The translations under genes were made by a program, and so were the position numbers. A stretch of 64,000 nucleotides of DNA from sequence record PP400779; one strand, written 5' to 3'. The notes under the pieces were generated by a model. That model did not search any database, was not told the origin of the DNA, and saw only the letters and a list, made by a program, of their open reading frames with translations. The stretch is from Escherichia phage JM17. This document shows, piece after piece, positions 18,515 to 27,515 of the stretch. Each line of letters starts with the position of its first letter. The first letter of the stretch is position 1.

Positions 18515-18750
18515 TTTCTAGAAAAACTTTTAATCACCAACTTAATGAAGAGATTTTGACTACGAAACTGAACACTAACGAACAAATTCTTAAAAAGGCC
18601 CTTATGGGCCTGTTTGAAACCAAAGCGGCTAAAGTGATTAAAGGACCTGTTCAATTAGAATATTACGCTGATACATTTCTTCATAGTGTTCTTGGAAGTA
18701 TCGATGCTGAAGCTTTACGTTATATCAACATTGCCAAGAAATTCAAATAA
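18511..18750 (+). CDS. hypothetical protein (79 aa)
   Basis: ORF overlapping upstream stop; contains internal hairpin aggccc-ttat-gggcct (18597-18612). Confidence 0.3.
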   Translation: MISRKTFNHQLNEEILTTKLNTNEQILKKALMGLFETKAAKVIKGPVQLEYYADTFLHSVLGSIDAEALRYINIAKKFK

Positions 18751-18792
18751 GCTTTACGAATTGAGTATATAATAAATTGTATTGAGGTAAAC

Positions 18793-19509
18793 ATGGGAAA
18801 ACATAACACAATGAAATATATCAAAGCCGCAGATTTTCAAACCGCATTTAAAGCAGTCAATCGTGAAATTTTAGAAAACCCGGAATTCGTAACTGATTCT
18901 CGTATTGGACGTTGTAATGAAATTGGGTCTATGACAGTAGTTGTTGACACTCCATCATCATTCAAAATGACTGACCCACGTATTAACCGCATCTCTTATG
19001 AATATGCCGAAGACTTCTGGAAGTTTATGATTTCTGGTGGTACCAACGCAGAAGAAGCGTTTAAGGCATATCCTAATGTCGCTAAATTTATTTCTAAACC
19101 AAAATCAGATGTTTTGCCGGCGAACTTCAATACTTTCTATGGTCCTCGCATTGCGGCCCAATTACCAGCTCTTCTAAAAGAACTTAAAGAGAAGCCTAAC
19201 TCTCGAAGAGTTGTGTTCCAAATTCTAGAAAGTTCTGATCAGGCTTTGCTTGATTCGGATGAAACGCTTGAATATCCATGTACTGACTCAGTGACTTATT
19301 ATATTCGTGATGGTAAGCTTTATACCCACTGTCATATGCGTTCTCAGAACTGTGCTGTTGTTATGCAGTTGGATTTTTATCTCCAAGGAAAATTACTTCA
19401 TTATATCGCTAACGAATGCGGTGTAGAAGTTGGTGATTATACTCATACCATGGTAAGTGCCCATGTGTTTGAACGTGATTTTGATTATGTTAAAGGATTC
19501 CTTGACTAA
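18793..19509 (+). CDS. 42: dCMP hydroxymethylase gp42 (thymidylate-synthase fold)
   Basis: 238 aa; TS-family core (NSRRVVFQI, PCTDSVTYYIRDGKLY..MRSQN....LD...GV.VGDY) with Asp at the base-specificity position; synteny 43..42..uvsX. Confidence 0.75.
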   Translation: MGKHNTMKYIKAADFQTAFKAVNREILENPEFVTDSRIGRCNEIGSMTVVVDTPSSFKMTDPRINRISYEYAEDFWKFMISGGTNAEEAFKAYPNVAKFISKPKSDVLPANFNTFYGPRIAAQLPALLKELKEKPNSRRVVFQILESSDQALLDSDETLEYPCTDSVTYYIRDGKLYTHCHMRSQNCAVVMQLDFYLQGKLLHYIANECGVEVGDYTHTMVSAHVFERDFDYVKGFLD

Positions 19510-20408
19510 TGGCTATTTTCCGCGTACCAATCTTGAGTATGCGGTCTTATGAAACTGGACAGTATGCTATCCTTAAGGATGGCAACTTCCAACTTCATTT
19601 GCACCGTGCTAATCCGGGTGATGTGATTACATATCCACGTAATGCATCTGATATTAAAGAATGCGAACGTCTTTTCCCAGAATTTAAGTTTGTTCCATTA
19701 TGGTATAAAGATAACGCTTATAACACTCGTAAATATTTCTGGTCTGAAAATGAATTTGTGGTTGATTCATTAATTGCTTATTATGATTGCGATTTTCTAA
19801 TCACAGATATAACTGGATATGACGGCGCTTTTGATGTAGAATTCAATTTCAATATCACTGCAGACCCTAATAAACCACGTTTTTATATTGACGAATTCTT
19901 AAAAACCGACATGTTGTCGGTTAATCGTTCAATCCAAACAACTGTGTTGAATGAACGTCAAAAAGAAGTGCTGGTTAACGCAGGTGCAGATGGTAATAAG
20001 ATTATCGTAACGCAGAAAGTTATACGTCCTTCCATCATGCAGCGTCTTGTAGGTGATTTGGCTCCTATTTATCTAGATGGTATTTTTCATCCATTTCGAA
20101 TTAGTGACCCGTGCTATCGTTTTGAACAAGTGGTTGAATGTGCAATTCAATTAGGTCAACCGCTTTATATAACCGATCCAAATAATAGCTTTGACAGAAA
20201 TAAGTATCCTGAAGAAGCGTTGATTCGAATTTTTAAACCAACTAAAACTGAGTACTATCAAATTCTTAAAGGACGTCCGAAGATTCAATATTTCGAAAAT
20301 CCTGAAGAAGTATTTCATCCAGGTCTTGGTGAGTTCATCTACTTTAATGCTTTAATTTCTTCACCGTATAATATACCTAAATATGAAGATGTCGTAATCG
20401 AGGAATAA
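19509..20408 (+). CDS. hypothetical protein in the T4 beta-gt slot (candidate DNA-modification transferase)
   Basis: 299 aa; start overlaps gene 42 stop (TAATG); not recognisable as T4 beta-glucosyltransferase. Confidence 0.4.
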   Translation: MAIFRVPILSMRSYETGQYAILKDGNFQLHLHRANPGDVITYPRNASDIKECERLFPEFKFVPLWYKDNAYNTRKYFWSENEFVVDSLIAYYDCDFLITDITGYDGAFDVEFNFNITADPNKPRFYIDEFLKTDMLSVNRSIQTTVLNERQKEVLVNAGADGNKIIVTQKVIRPSIMQRLVGDLAPIYLDGIFHPFRISDPCYRFEQVVECAIQLGQPLYITDPNNSFDRNKYPEEALIRIFKPTKTEYYQILKGRPKIQYFENPEEVFHPGLGEFIYFNALISSPYNIPKYEDVVIEE

Positions 20409-20409
20409 A

Positions 20410-20958
20410 ATGGCTAAAATTATTTTAGTAGATGGCCCGGATAATGCTGGTAAAACAACTTTCATTAATGACATAATGGAAATTAGTGAAAGATATGTAA
20501 AAATTGATTTCCCTAAACGAACAGTTGATGGACGTTTCGATGTTAAGTCTCGAAATGAAGTTGGCTGTTTTGAAACGATGTTGAATTATTTAGACCCTAC
20601 TAAGATTTATCTGTTAGACCGTGGATATATTAGTAACTGGGTTTACGGACGTATTCGACAAGATGCGGACTCGGTTCTTGACGTTTATGAACAGGATTAT
20701 ATTCGTCTTTGCCAAAACCATGATGTGTTCACAATTATTTTAACACGTAACGAAATGACTGAAAGTTTTGAAGATGACCTTATTACTTTGTCTTCATTAG
20801 GTTTTAATACAGTCATTTCACATTTTGAAGAGTTTGCAATTCATAACAAAATCCAAACGTATCAATTACTTAATCATGATGGTGCTAACAAAGTTATAGG
20901 ATTTAATGCAAGCGAACGTAATGATTTGATTACAGAAATCATCAAATGGGCTCGTTAA
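20410..20958 (+). CDS. P-loop kinase, thymidylate-kinase-like
   Basis: 182 aa; Walker A VDGPDNAGKTT and DRGYISNWVYG (DR-Y/F motif of dNMP kinases). Confidence 0.55.
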   Translation: MAKIILVDGPDNAGKTTFINDIMEISERYVKIDFPKRTVDGRFDVKSRNEVGCFETMLNYLDPTKIYLLDRGYISNWVYGRIRQDADSVLDVYEQDYIRLCQNHDVFTIILTRNEMTESFEDDLITLSSLGFNTVISHFEEFAIHNKIQTYQLLNHDGANKVIGFNASERNDLITEIIKWAR

Positions 20959-20978
20959 GAGCCATTTAAAGTTTTAAA

Positions 20979-21003
20979 TGCTGTATAACCCTTAGTATAT
21001 AAT
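20979..21003 (+). promoter_or_regulatory. middle-type promoter candidate upstream of uvsX
   Basis: tgctgta (MotA-box-like, one mismatch), 12-nt spacer, tataat 20998-21003. Confidence 0.3.
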
Positions 21004-21056
21004 CATTTTATCTTTTAAACATGAGTAAAATATAATGATGCCTATGGAAAAATACA

Positions 21057-22229
21057 ATGTCTGATTTAAAATCTCGTCTGATTAAAGCTTCTACTTCTAA
21101 AATGACTGCAGACTTGACTAAGTCTAAGCTGTTTAATAATCGTGATGAAGTCCCTACTCGTATTCCGATGTTGAATATTGCACTAGGTGGTGCTCTGAAT
21201 GCAGGATTGCAATCAGGCTTGACTATTTTTGCTGCACCTTCTAAACATTTTAAAACATTGTTTGGACTAACTATGGTCGCAGCGTATATGAAGAAATATA
21301 AAGATGCAATCTGTTTGTTTTATGACTCAGAATTCGGTGCTTCAGAATCTTACTTCCGTTCGATGGGTGTTGATTTAGACCGTGTAGTTCATACTCCGAT
21401 TCAATCTGTCGAACAACTTAAAGTCGATATGACTAATCAGCTTGACGCTATTGAACGCGGTGATAAAGTTATTATCTTTATCGATTCAATCGGTAATACT
21501 GCATCTAAGAAAGAAACCGAAGATGCATTGAACGAGAAAGTTGTAGGTGATATGTCTCGTGCTAAGGCACTTAAATCTCTTTTCCGTATTGTGACTCCTT
21601 ATCTGACTATTAAAGATATTCCATGTGTTGCAATCAACCATACCGCAATGGAAATTGGCGGATTGTACCCTAAAGAGATTATGGGCGGCGGTACAGGTAT
21701 TCTTTATTCTGCTAACACTGTATTCTTTATCTCTAAACGTCAGGTTAAAGAAGGTACAGAATTGACCGGTTATGACTTCACGTTGAAAGCAGAAAAATCT
21801 CGCACAGTTAAAGAGAAATCTACTTTCCCGATCACGGTTAATTTTGATGGCGGTATTGACCCATTCAGTGGCTTGTTAGAAATGGCAACTGAAATTGGTT
21901 TTGTAGTTAAGCCTAAAGCCGGTTGGTATGCTCGCGAATTCCTTGACGAAGAAACAGGTGAAATGATTCGTGAAGAAAAATCATGGCGTGCTAAAGCTAC
22001 TGATTGTGTAGAATTCTGGGGGCCGTTGTTTAAACATAAGCCTTTCCGAGATGCAATTGAAACTAAATATAAACTAGGTGCTATCTCTTCTATTAAAGAA
22101 GTTGATGACGCTGTTAACGACCTTATTAATTGCAAAGCAACAACTAAAGTTCCGGTTAAAACTTCTGATGCTCCGTCTGCAGCAGATATAGAAAACGACC
22201 TTGACGAAATGGAAGATTTCGATGAATAA
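21057..22229 (+). CDS. uvsX: recombinase UvsX (RecA-like)
   Basis: 390 aa; MSDLKSRLIKASTSKMTADL..., Walker A GPSKHFKT; close to remembered T4 UvsX. Confidence 0.9.
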   Translation: MSDLKSRLIKASTSKMTADLTKSKLFNNRDEVPTRIPMLNIALGGALNAGLQSGLTIFAAPSKHFKTLFGLTMVAAYMKKYKDAICLFYDSEFGASESYFRSMGVDLDRVVHTPIQSVEQLKVDMTNQLDAIERGDKVIIFIDSIGNTASKKETEDALNEKVVGDMSRAKALKSLFRIVTPYLTIKDIPCVAINHTAMEIGGLYPKEIMGGGTGILYSANTVFFISKRQVKEGTELTGYDFTLKAEKSRTVKEKSTFPITVNFDGGIDPFSGLLEMATEIGFVVKPKAGWYAREFLDEETGEMIREEKSWRAKATDCVEFWGPLFKHKPFRDAIETKYKLGAISSIKEVDDAVNDLINCKATTKVPVKTSDAPSAADIENDLDEMEDFDE

Positions 22230-22563
22230 TCTCGATGATTTAAATCTAGAAATCGTTGATGAATCCCCTTCTTCGGAAGGGGAAGACATTCGCAAAGAAC
22301 GAGTGTTTAATGAATCTCTTAAAATTATCCGTTCAGCAATGGAAAATGTCATTCAAGAGATTCTGATTACACTTGAAGACGGTTCCCATCATATAGTCTA
22401 TATTACAAAACTAGACTGGGTTGATGGTAAAATCGTAATGGACTTTGCAGTTCTTGACCAGGACAGAAAAGCAGAACTTGCACCACATGTTGAAAAATGT
22501 GTTACAATGCAAGTACAACAAGCTTTTAATGAACGAACCAAGAAAAAATTTAAATTCTTTTAA
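22222..22563 (+). CDS. 40: gp40-like protein (head vertex assembly, by position)
   Basis: 113 aa from ATG 22222; lies between uvsX and 41 as T4 gene 40. Confidence 0.5.
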   Translation: MNNLDDLNLEIVDESPSSEGEDIRKERVFNESLKIIRSAMENVIQEILITLEDGSHHIVYITKLDWVDGKIVMDFAVLDQDRKAELAPHVEKCVTMQVQQAFNERTKKKFKFF

Positions 22564-22572
22564 GGAGTTATC

Positions 22573-24015
22573 GTGGTAGAAATTATTTTGTCTCATCTCG
22601 TATATGACCAGGCTTATTTTTCTAAGGTCTGGCCTTATATGGATTCTGAGTATTTTGAGCGTGGACCGGCAAAAAATGTCTTTAAAATTATAAAGAGCCA
22701 TGTTAACGAATATAATGCAATGCCATCTATCAATGCGTTAAAGGTGGCTTTAGATAACAGTTCTTTAACTGAAGCCGAATATAAAGGAACTTCAGACCTA
22801 ATTGAAAAATTGGCTGATACTCCTGAAGACCATGAATGGTTGGTTAAAGAAACTGAGAAATATGTCCAGCAAAAAGCGATGTATAATGCTACGTCCAAAA
22901 TCATTGAGATTCAGTCTAATGCTGAACTACCTCCAGAACAACGTAACAAGAAAATGCCTGACGTAGGAGCTATTCCTGATATTATGCGTCAAGCACTTTC
23001 AATTTCGTTCGATAGTTATGTTGGACATGACTGGATGGAAGACTACGAAGCACGCTGGCTTTCTTATCTAAATAAAGCACGTAAGGTCCCGTTCAAATTA
23101 AACATTTTGAATAAAATAACCAAAGGCGGTGCAGAAACAGGTACACTAAACGTTTTAATGGCTGGTGTTAACGTCGGTAAATCTTTAGGCCTTTGTTCAC
23201 TTGCTGCAGATTATCTTCAAACAGGTCATAACGTTCTTTATATTTCTATGGAAATGGCTGAAGAAGTTTGCGCTAAGCGTATAGATGCAAACATGCTTGA
23301 CGTATCACTTGATGATATCGATGATGGTAACGTATCTTATGCTGAATATAAAGCCAAGATGGAAAAATGGCGTTCAAAAACAACATTAGGACGTTTAGTA
23401 GTTAAACAGTATCCTACTGGTGGAGCTAATGCTAATACATTTCGTGCATTGCTTAATGAGTTAAAACTTAAGAAGAACTTTGTGCCATCTGTAATCATGG
23501 TTGATTACTTAGGTATTTGTGGGTCTTGTCGTATCAGAGTTTACACTGAAAATAGCTACACATTAGTTAAAGCTATCGCAGAAGAACTTCGTGCATTAGC
23601 AGTAGAATCTGAAACAGTTCTATGGACTGCAGCTCAAGTGGGACGTGCAGCATGGGATGCTTCAGACATGAACATGAGTGATATCGCAGAATCAGCAGGT
23701 TTACCAGCAACGGCAGATTTCATGTTGGCTGTAATTGAAACCGAAGAACTTGCACAAGCTGAACAACAACTTATCAAACAAATCAAATCACGATACGGCG
23801 ATAAGAATAAGTGGAATAAATTCCTGATGGGTGTACGTAAAGGCAATCAGAAATGGGTTGAGATTGAGCAAGAAGGCATGAACACACCTAACACAGTAAA
23901 TGAAAACGCAGGTGCTCAGATGCGTCAGGCAGAGGTGAATCGTACGGAACGCGTAGGTAAAGCCAAAGCAACACGTGCTGACCTAGATAGCTTAGCCAAT
24001 GAGTTAAAATTTTAA
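22573..24015 (+). CDS. 41: replicative DNA helicase gp41 (DnaB-like)
   Basis: 480 aa, GTG start; MVEIILSHL..., Walker A GVNVGKSLG; close to remembered T4 gp41. Confidence 0.9.
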   Translation: MVEIILSHLVYDQAYFSKVWPYMDSEYFERGPAKNVFKIIKSHVNEYNAMPSINALKVALDNSSLTEAEYKGTSDLIEKLADTPEDHEWLVKETEKYVQQKAMYNATSKIIEIQSNAELPPEQRNKKMPDVGAIPDIMRQALSISFDSYVGHDWMEDYEARWLSYLNKARKVPFKLNILNKITKGGAETGTLNVLMAGVNVGKSLGLCSLAADYLQTGHNVLYISMEMAEEVCAKRIDANMLDVSLDDIDDGNVSYAEYKAKMEKWRSKTTLGRLVVKQYPTGGANANTFRALLNELKLKKNFVPSVIMVDYLGICGSCRIRVYTENSYTLVKAIAEELRALAVESETVLWTAAQVGRAAWDASDMNMSDIAESAGLPATADFMLAVIETEELAQAEQQLIKQIKSRYGDKNKWNKFLMGVRKGNQKWVEIEQEGMNTPNTVNENAGAQMRQAEVNRTERVGKAKATRADLDSLANELKF

Positions 24016-24020
24016 TAAAA

Positions 24021-24041
24021 AGGAGACTTCGGTCTCCTTTC
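24021..24041 (+). terminator. UUCG-tetraloop hairpin after gene 41
   Basis: aggagac-ttcg-gtctcct then ttcgggg (weak U-tract). Confidence 0.45.
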
Positions 24042-24044
24042 GGG

Positions 24045-24074
24045 GTTTACATCTTCCTCTAGGCATGATATGAT
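24045..24074 (+). promoter_or_regulatory. early-type promoter
   Basis: gtttac 24045-24050, spacer about 18, tatgat. Confidence 0.45.
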
Positions 24075-24103
24075 GTACTTACACAAACCAAGAGGAAAAC
24101 ATT

Positions 24104-24478
24104 ATGAATATGTCTCAAGCAATTTTTACTGCAATCACCGAAAACACAACTGTTGAAGTAGTTTCTCCGCTGGCAACCTACGTTATTCTTGCTCCTAAAA
24201 CTATTGTATCTCGTATGGAAAACATGGGCAAACGTATCGTACAAATTGTTGGAGCTGGAAATCAAAAACTTGATTATCTACGAACCATCAAAGCTTATGA
24301 ACATTTCCAACTCGAAAAAGGTTCTCCTATCCAGGTAGAACTCGTAAATGGTGATATCGTTCGAGCAATGTTCCATCATTTCTATGCATTGAATGACCCA
24401 TCTAAAGCGGTTCGTTTAATTGCATATGACGCAAACCAAAACGAAATCAACGCAGATGTATCTAAATTACGTTTTTAA
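24104..24478 (+). CDS. hypothetical protein (124 aa)
   Basis: ORF with aagaggaaaacattATG RBS context downstream of early promoter. Confidence 0.4.
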   Translation: MNMSQAIFTAITENTTVEVVSPLATYVILAPKTIVSRMENMGKRIVQIVGAGNQKLDYLRTIKAYEHFQLEKGSPIQVELVNGDIVRAMFHHFYALNDPSKAVRLIAYDANQNEINADVSKLRF

Positions 24479-24507
24479 GTTTACTTCTCCAGTAGTTGTG
24501 TTATTAT
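24479..24507 (+). promoter_or_regulatory. early-type promoter
   Basis: gtttac 24479-24484, 17-nt spacer, tattat 24502-24507. Confidence 0.45.
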
Positions 24508-24533
24508 AGATCTATCAACTACCGGAGAACAAA

Positions 24534-24851
24534 ATGAAAACCATCGATTGTAAAGCAGAATTTAAGATTTTTTATCATGGTTCAAGTAGTTCAGCTAACA
24601 TCGAAAACATGCTTTGTCCTCCTGAAGAAACAGGAGTTCTGTCTGAAACTGGACGTAAGAAAAACTTGGATCGTGTATTCTTTACTGAAGATATCGGTTT
24701 AGCAAAGATTTATGCAGGACGAGCAGCACGCTCTTATGGAGGTGAACCACGTCTCTATCGAGTAATTTCTCCGGTAGATGTAGTTCAAATGAATGATACT
24801 AAAGGTGCTACAGTTTATCACGCTGAATGGGCATTTTGCGAGGAAATATGA
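24534..24851 (+). CDS. hypothetical protein (105 aa)
   Basis: ORF with ggagaacaaaATG RBS; contains YHGSS...Y...E pattern (weak ART-like hint). Confidence 0.4.
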   Translation: MKTIDCKAEFKIFYHGSSSSANIENMLCPPEETGVLSETGRKKNLDRVFFTEDIGLAKIYAGRAARSYGGEPRLYRVISPVDVVQMNDTKGATVYHAEWAFCEEI

Positions 24852-25036
24852 GCAAATTAACTAAAGTTACTTTTATCGGTTGGTTTAAAAGCGGTGAGAT
24901 GTTCACTAAAGATATCATGTTATCAGGTGATCGCGAAGAAATCGAGTGGGTTACGGTACAACTTGCTGAAGTGAACAACGCATTAGTTAAAGCATTTGTT
25001 AATGACGAGAAAGTTTTCGAAGCAGATTTTCGATAA
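24848..25036 (+). CDS. hypothetical protein (62 aa)
   Basis: ATG 24848 with gaggaaat RBS, overlapping upstream stop. Confidence 0.35.
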   Translation: MSKLTKVTFIGWFKSGEMFTKDIMLSGDREEIEWVTVQLAEVNNALVKAFVNDEKVFEADFR

Positions 25037-25049
25037 TTTTAAAATAACT

Positions 25050-25079
25050 GTTTACAAGCCCCACATACTGTGTTACTAT
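25050..25079 (+). promoter_or_regulatory. early-type promoter
   Basis: gtttac 25050-25055, spacer 18, tgttactat extended -10. Confidence 0.45.
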
Positions 25080-25107
25080 CTTTCTATCAACTACAGAGGA
25101 AATTGAA

Positions 25108-25476
25108 ATGAAAAAATTAATCGCTTTAGCAATGGTATTTGGATTAACCGGATGTGGTGCTCATGGCTTTATCCCTAATAACGTCGGCCAACTGATTTAC
25201 AATCCGAATGTTAAACAATATGAACAACCTAAAGTTGAAGTGGAAGACCCGGTTACTGTAGGTAATCGAATGATTCAAGCTGATGCCCATGCTCAACGTT
25301 ATCGTGACTCTGATACCGTAGCATTGTCAAAAGAACAACGCGTTAAAGAACATTGTCTACAGGCTACTGAAATCGCATTCATTCGCTATGTTGAAACAAC
25401 TGGTAAAGAGCCTACCCAGAAACAAATCGCGAATAACTACGTCCAGTGTATTGAACGTTTAAACAAATTTAATTAA
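25108..25476 (+). CDS. predicted lipoprotein (122 aa)
   Basis: signal peptide MKKLIALAMVFGLTGC with lipobox LTGC. Confidence 0.5.
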   Translation: MKKLIALAMVFGLTGCGAHGFIPNNVGQLIYNPNVKQYEQPKVEVEDPVTVGNRMIQADAHAQRYRDSDTVALSKEQRVKEHCLQATEIAFIRYVETTGKEPTQKQIANNYVQCIERLNKFN

Positions 25477-25479
25477 TTG

Positions 25480-25509
25480 GTTTACACCAAAGTTAAAACA
25501 AGATACTAT
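25480..25509 (+). promoter_or_regulatory. early-type promoter
   Basis: gtttac 25480-25485, spacer 18, tactat (gatactata context). Confidence 0.45.
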
Positions 25510-25537
25510 AAACATAACAAATCAAGAGGAAATTAAC

Positions 25538-25786
25538 ATGGAATTATTCGTAGCTAGTTCAGTAGCAGTTTTAATCGCAGGTATTGGTTCAATCATCATT
25601 TACATGTTGCCTTGGGTAATAGCACTTATTCGTGGCACAAAAAGCACAACAGCAATCTTCTTTGTATCTTTACTCTTTAACTGGACGATGATTGGTTGGA
25701 TTGGAACTTTAATTTGGTCTATCGTTGCCGAAAAGAAATCTGCTCAGCAGCCTCAACAAGTAATTATTATTCGCGAAAAAGAATAA
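25538..25786 (+). CDS. small membrane protein (82 aa, two TM segments)
   Basis: hydrophobic stretches AVLIAGIGSIIIYMLPWVIALI and FFVSLLFNWTMIGWIGTLIWSIV. Confidence 0.45.
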   Translation: MELFVASSVAVLIAGIGSIIIYMLPWVIALIRGTKSTTAIFFVSLLFNWTMIGWIGTLIWSIVAEKKSAQQPQQVIIIREKE

Positions 25787-25790
25787 ACTT

Positions 25791-25822
25791 GTTTACATTA
25801 TAGATGGACTATAGTAGTCCTA
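25791..25822 (+). promoter_or_regulatory. promoter/stem-loop cassette (GTTTAC + ggacta-tag-tagtcc hairpin)
   Basis: gtttac 25791-25796; tatagtagtcct module shared with 45849-45860 and 46361-46372. Confidence 0.35.
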
Positions 25823-25844
25823 TCAAATCAACTAAGGAGTTAAA

Positions 25845-26138
25845 ATGAAAAAGTTATCATTGGCAGCAATCTTACTTGCAGTATCATGTGCACCGTCTCC
25901 AGTTACGGCAGGTTATGATAAAGACCTCTGTGAGTGGTCAATGACTGCAAATCAAGAAGATGTTGAACAACAAATCTTCTCTGATATCATGAACATCACT
26001 AAACGAGACCGTCCTAATATGGTTAATAAAGTTGTTGAACAACTTAAGTCTGGCGGTATCATGCAGTACAATTATGTTTTGTATTGTGACCCTAATTTCG
26101 ATAACAAAGATATCGTAACCGAAATCACAGGTGAATAA
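25845..26138 (+). CDS. predicted lipoprotein (97 aa)
   Basis: MKKLSLAAILLAVSC signal peptide with lipobox. Confidence 0.45.
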   Translation: MKKLSLAAILLAVSCAPSPVTAGYDKDLCEWSMTANQEDVEQQIFSDIMNITKRDRPNMVNKVVEQLKSGGIMQYNYVLYCDPNFDNKDIVTEITGE

Positions 26139-26139
26139 T

Positions 26140-26790
26140 ATGATTTATTATATGCACAAAAATGCGCCATTTAAATATGGTAAATTTCCTAATGCACAAT
26201 GTTATAATATAACGCCGAATGAAAATAATAACGGATACCATCTCGGTGTAATTTTTGTAATTGTTAAAGATAACGAAATCGTTGCCTGGGCAGATTTTAA
26301 AGGTACAACATATGATGTTAATCCTGTGCCTTTCACATATTACAATATAATGGATTTGGCATATGATTATAATTGGTTTACTCATGACACGTTGGCTCAT
26401 ATTGAAGGTGTAGGATTTGACATCTCTTATTCTAGCTATTCATTATGTCCTATGAGCCGATCTCACGGTAAAGATGTATCATATCTTTCAATTCGGAAAC
26501 GTGTAAACTTCAAACGTAGTACAGAGTATGTTGGTGGACTCTTTGTTAAAGATAATAAAATAACCCGTATTAGTTATCCTTTAAGTGTAGGTCAAAAAGA
26601 TGTTGATGTTGATTTAGACTTAACTGAAAGTAACATTAATCGTATTGCTTCTGTATATTTTGATATCGATGAAAAAATTGTAGTGTGTGGATACGAATTA
26701 CCACCTGAAGAAAAGGCTGAAACAATTGAAGTCGAATTAGAAATTTCTGTTGATGACCAAATATTTAACGCATTTATGAATCGAGGTTAA
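26140..26790 (+). CDS. hypothetical protein (216 aa), AT-rich foreign-looking gene
   Basis: ATG 26140; markedly AT-rich codon usage versus neighbours. Confidence 0.4.
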   Translation: MIYYMHKNAPFKYGKFPNAQCYNITPNENNNGYHLGVIFVIVKDNEIVAWADFKGTTYDVNPVPFTYYNIMDLAYDYNWFTHDTLAHIEGVGFDISYSSYSLCPMSRSHGKDVSYLSIRKRVNFKRSTEYVGGLFVKDNKITRISYPLSVGQKDVDVDLDLTESNINRIASVYFDIDEKIVVCGYELPPEEKAETIEVELEISVDDQIFNAFMNRG

Positions 26791-26791
26791 A

Positions 26792-26989
26792 ATGACTACT
26801 GCAATTTGCACTGGTTCTAAAATTAGTGTTTTTACAAGTTTTGAAGATTATGAAGTTGTTTCAAAACACCAATGCCATATTAGCGTAAAAGCTAATGATG
26901 GTGTAATTTGGAATATTCCACACTATGAAGACACTACATATGAAGTCACAGATGCGAACGGTGATAAAGCGATCTTTGTGATTGATTAA
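26792..26989 (+). CDS. hypothetical protein (65 aa)
   Basis: ORF starting 2 nt after upstream stop. Confidence 0.3.
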   Translation: MTTAICTGSKISVFTSFEDYEVVSKHQCHISVKANDGVIWNIPHYEDTTYEVTDANGDKAIFVID

Positions 26990-27008
26990 ATATACTCAGG
27001 AGGTACCT

Positions 27009-27476
27009 ATGGGTATTATTAACACTGCAATAGATTCTGTTTATGCATATAAGTTTATTCGACTAATGCAAAAACCTTTTACCGAATGGAAAGCATACGA
27101 AGCCAAAATCATCGATGAACGTGGAAGTGTTCTTAAACGTCCTTCTACTCCAGAAGAGAAAGCGGCTTATACACCTTTTCATGCTTCAGTTCGTTCAATG
27201 AAGCGAATGATGAGCACTGTTCCAGGTCTTAATGGAATGGCCTCAATGATGTCTGCCTGGAGTGCTGTAGCTTCACGCTATAACATTACAGAAGAACAAC
27301 AGAAAGAAATATTTAAAGAACTCCCTTTATTTGAGGATATGGTTGCTGGTGATTCAGGTGGCAGCCCTCAAGCTATTGCATCAGGAACAACTACAGGTGC
27401 AGTCGTAAATAAAGGCCCCGAACAAATTCCTTCCAAGAAAAGAAAGCGAATTAAAGTAAATATTAATAAGTTGTGA
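27009..27476 (+). CDS. hypothetical protein (155 aa)
   Basis: ATG 27009 with caggaggtacct RBS. Confidence 0.4.
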   Translation: MGIINTAIDSVYAYKFIRLMQKPFTEWKAYEAKIIDERGSVLKRPSTPEEKAAYTPFHASVRSMKRMMSTVPGLNGMASMMSAWSAVASRYNITEEQQKEIFKELPLFEDMVAGDSGGSPQAIASGTTTGAVVNKGPEQIPSKKRKRIKVNINKL

Positions 27477-27515
27477 TAAGATGGCCTTATTAATTTAAGG
27501 CCTCTGGAGAATACT

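Noticed and set aside
18597-18612. Hairpin aggccc-ttat-gggcct as a terminator after the U32-like gene
   Set aside because: It lies inside a possible 79-aa ORF and lacks a T-run; the evidence does not discriminate between ORF and terminator, so it is not called.
19509-20408. Calling the 299-aa ORF beta-glucosyltransferase on position alone
   Set aside because: Its sequence does not resemble what I recall of T4 beta-gt and it is about 50 aa shorter; synteny alone is insufficient, so it is left as an unknown candidate transferase.
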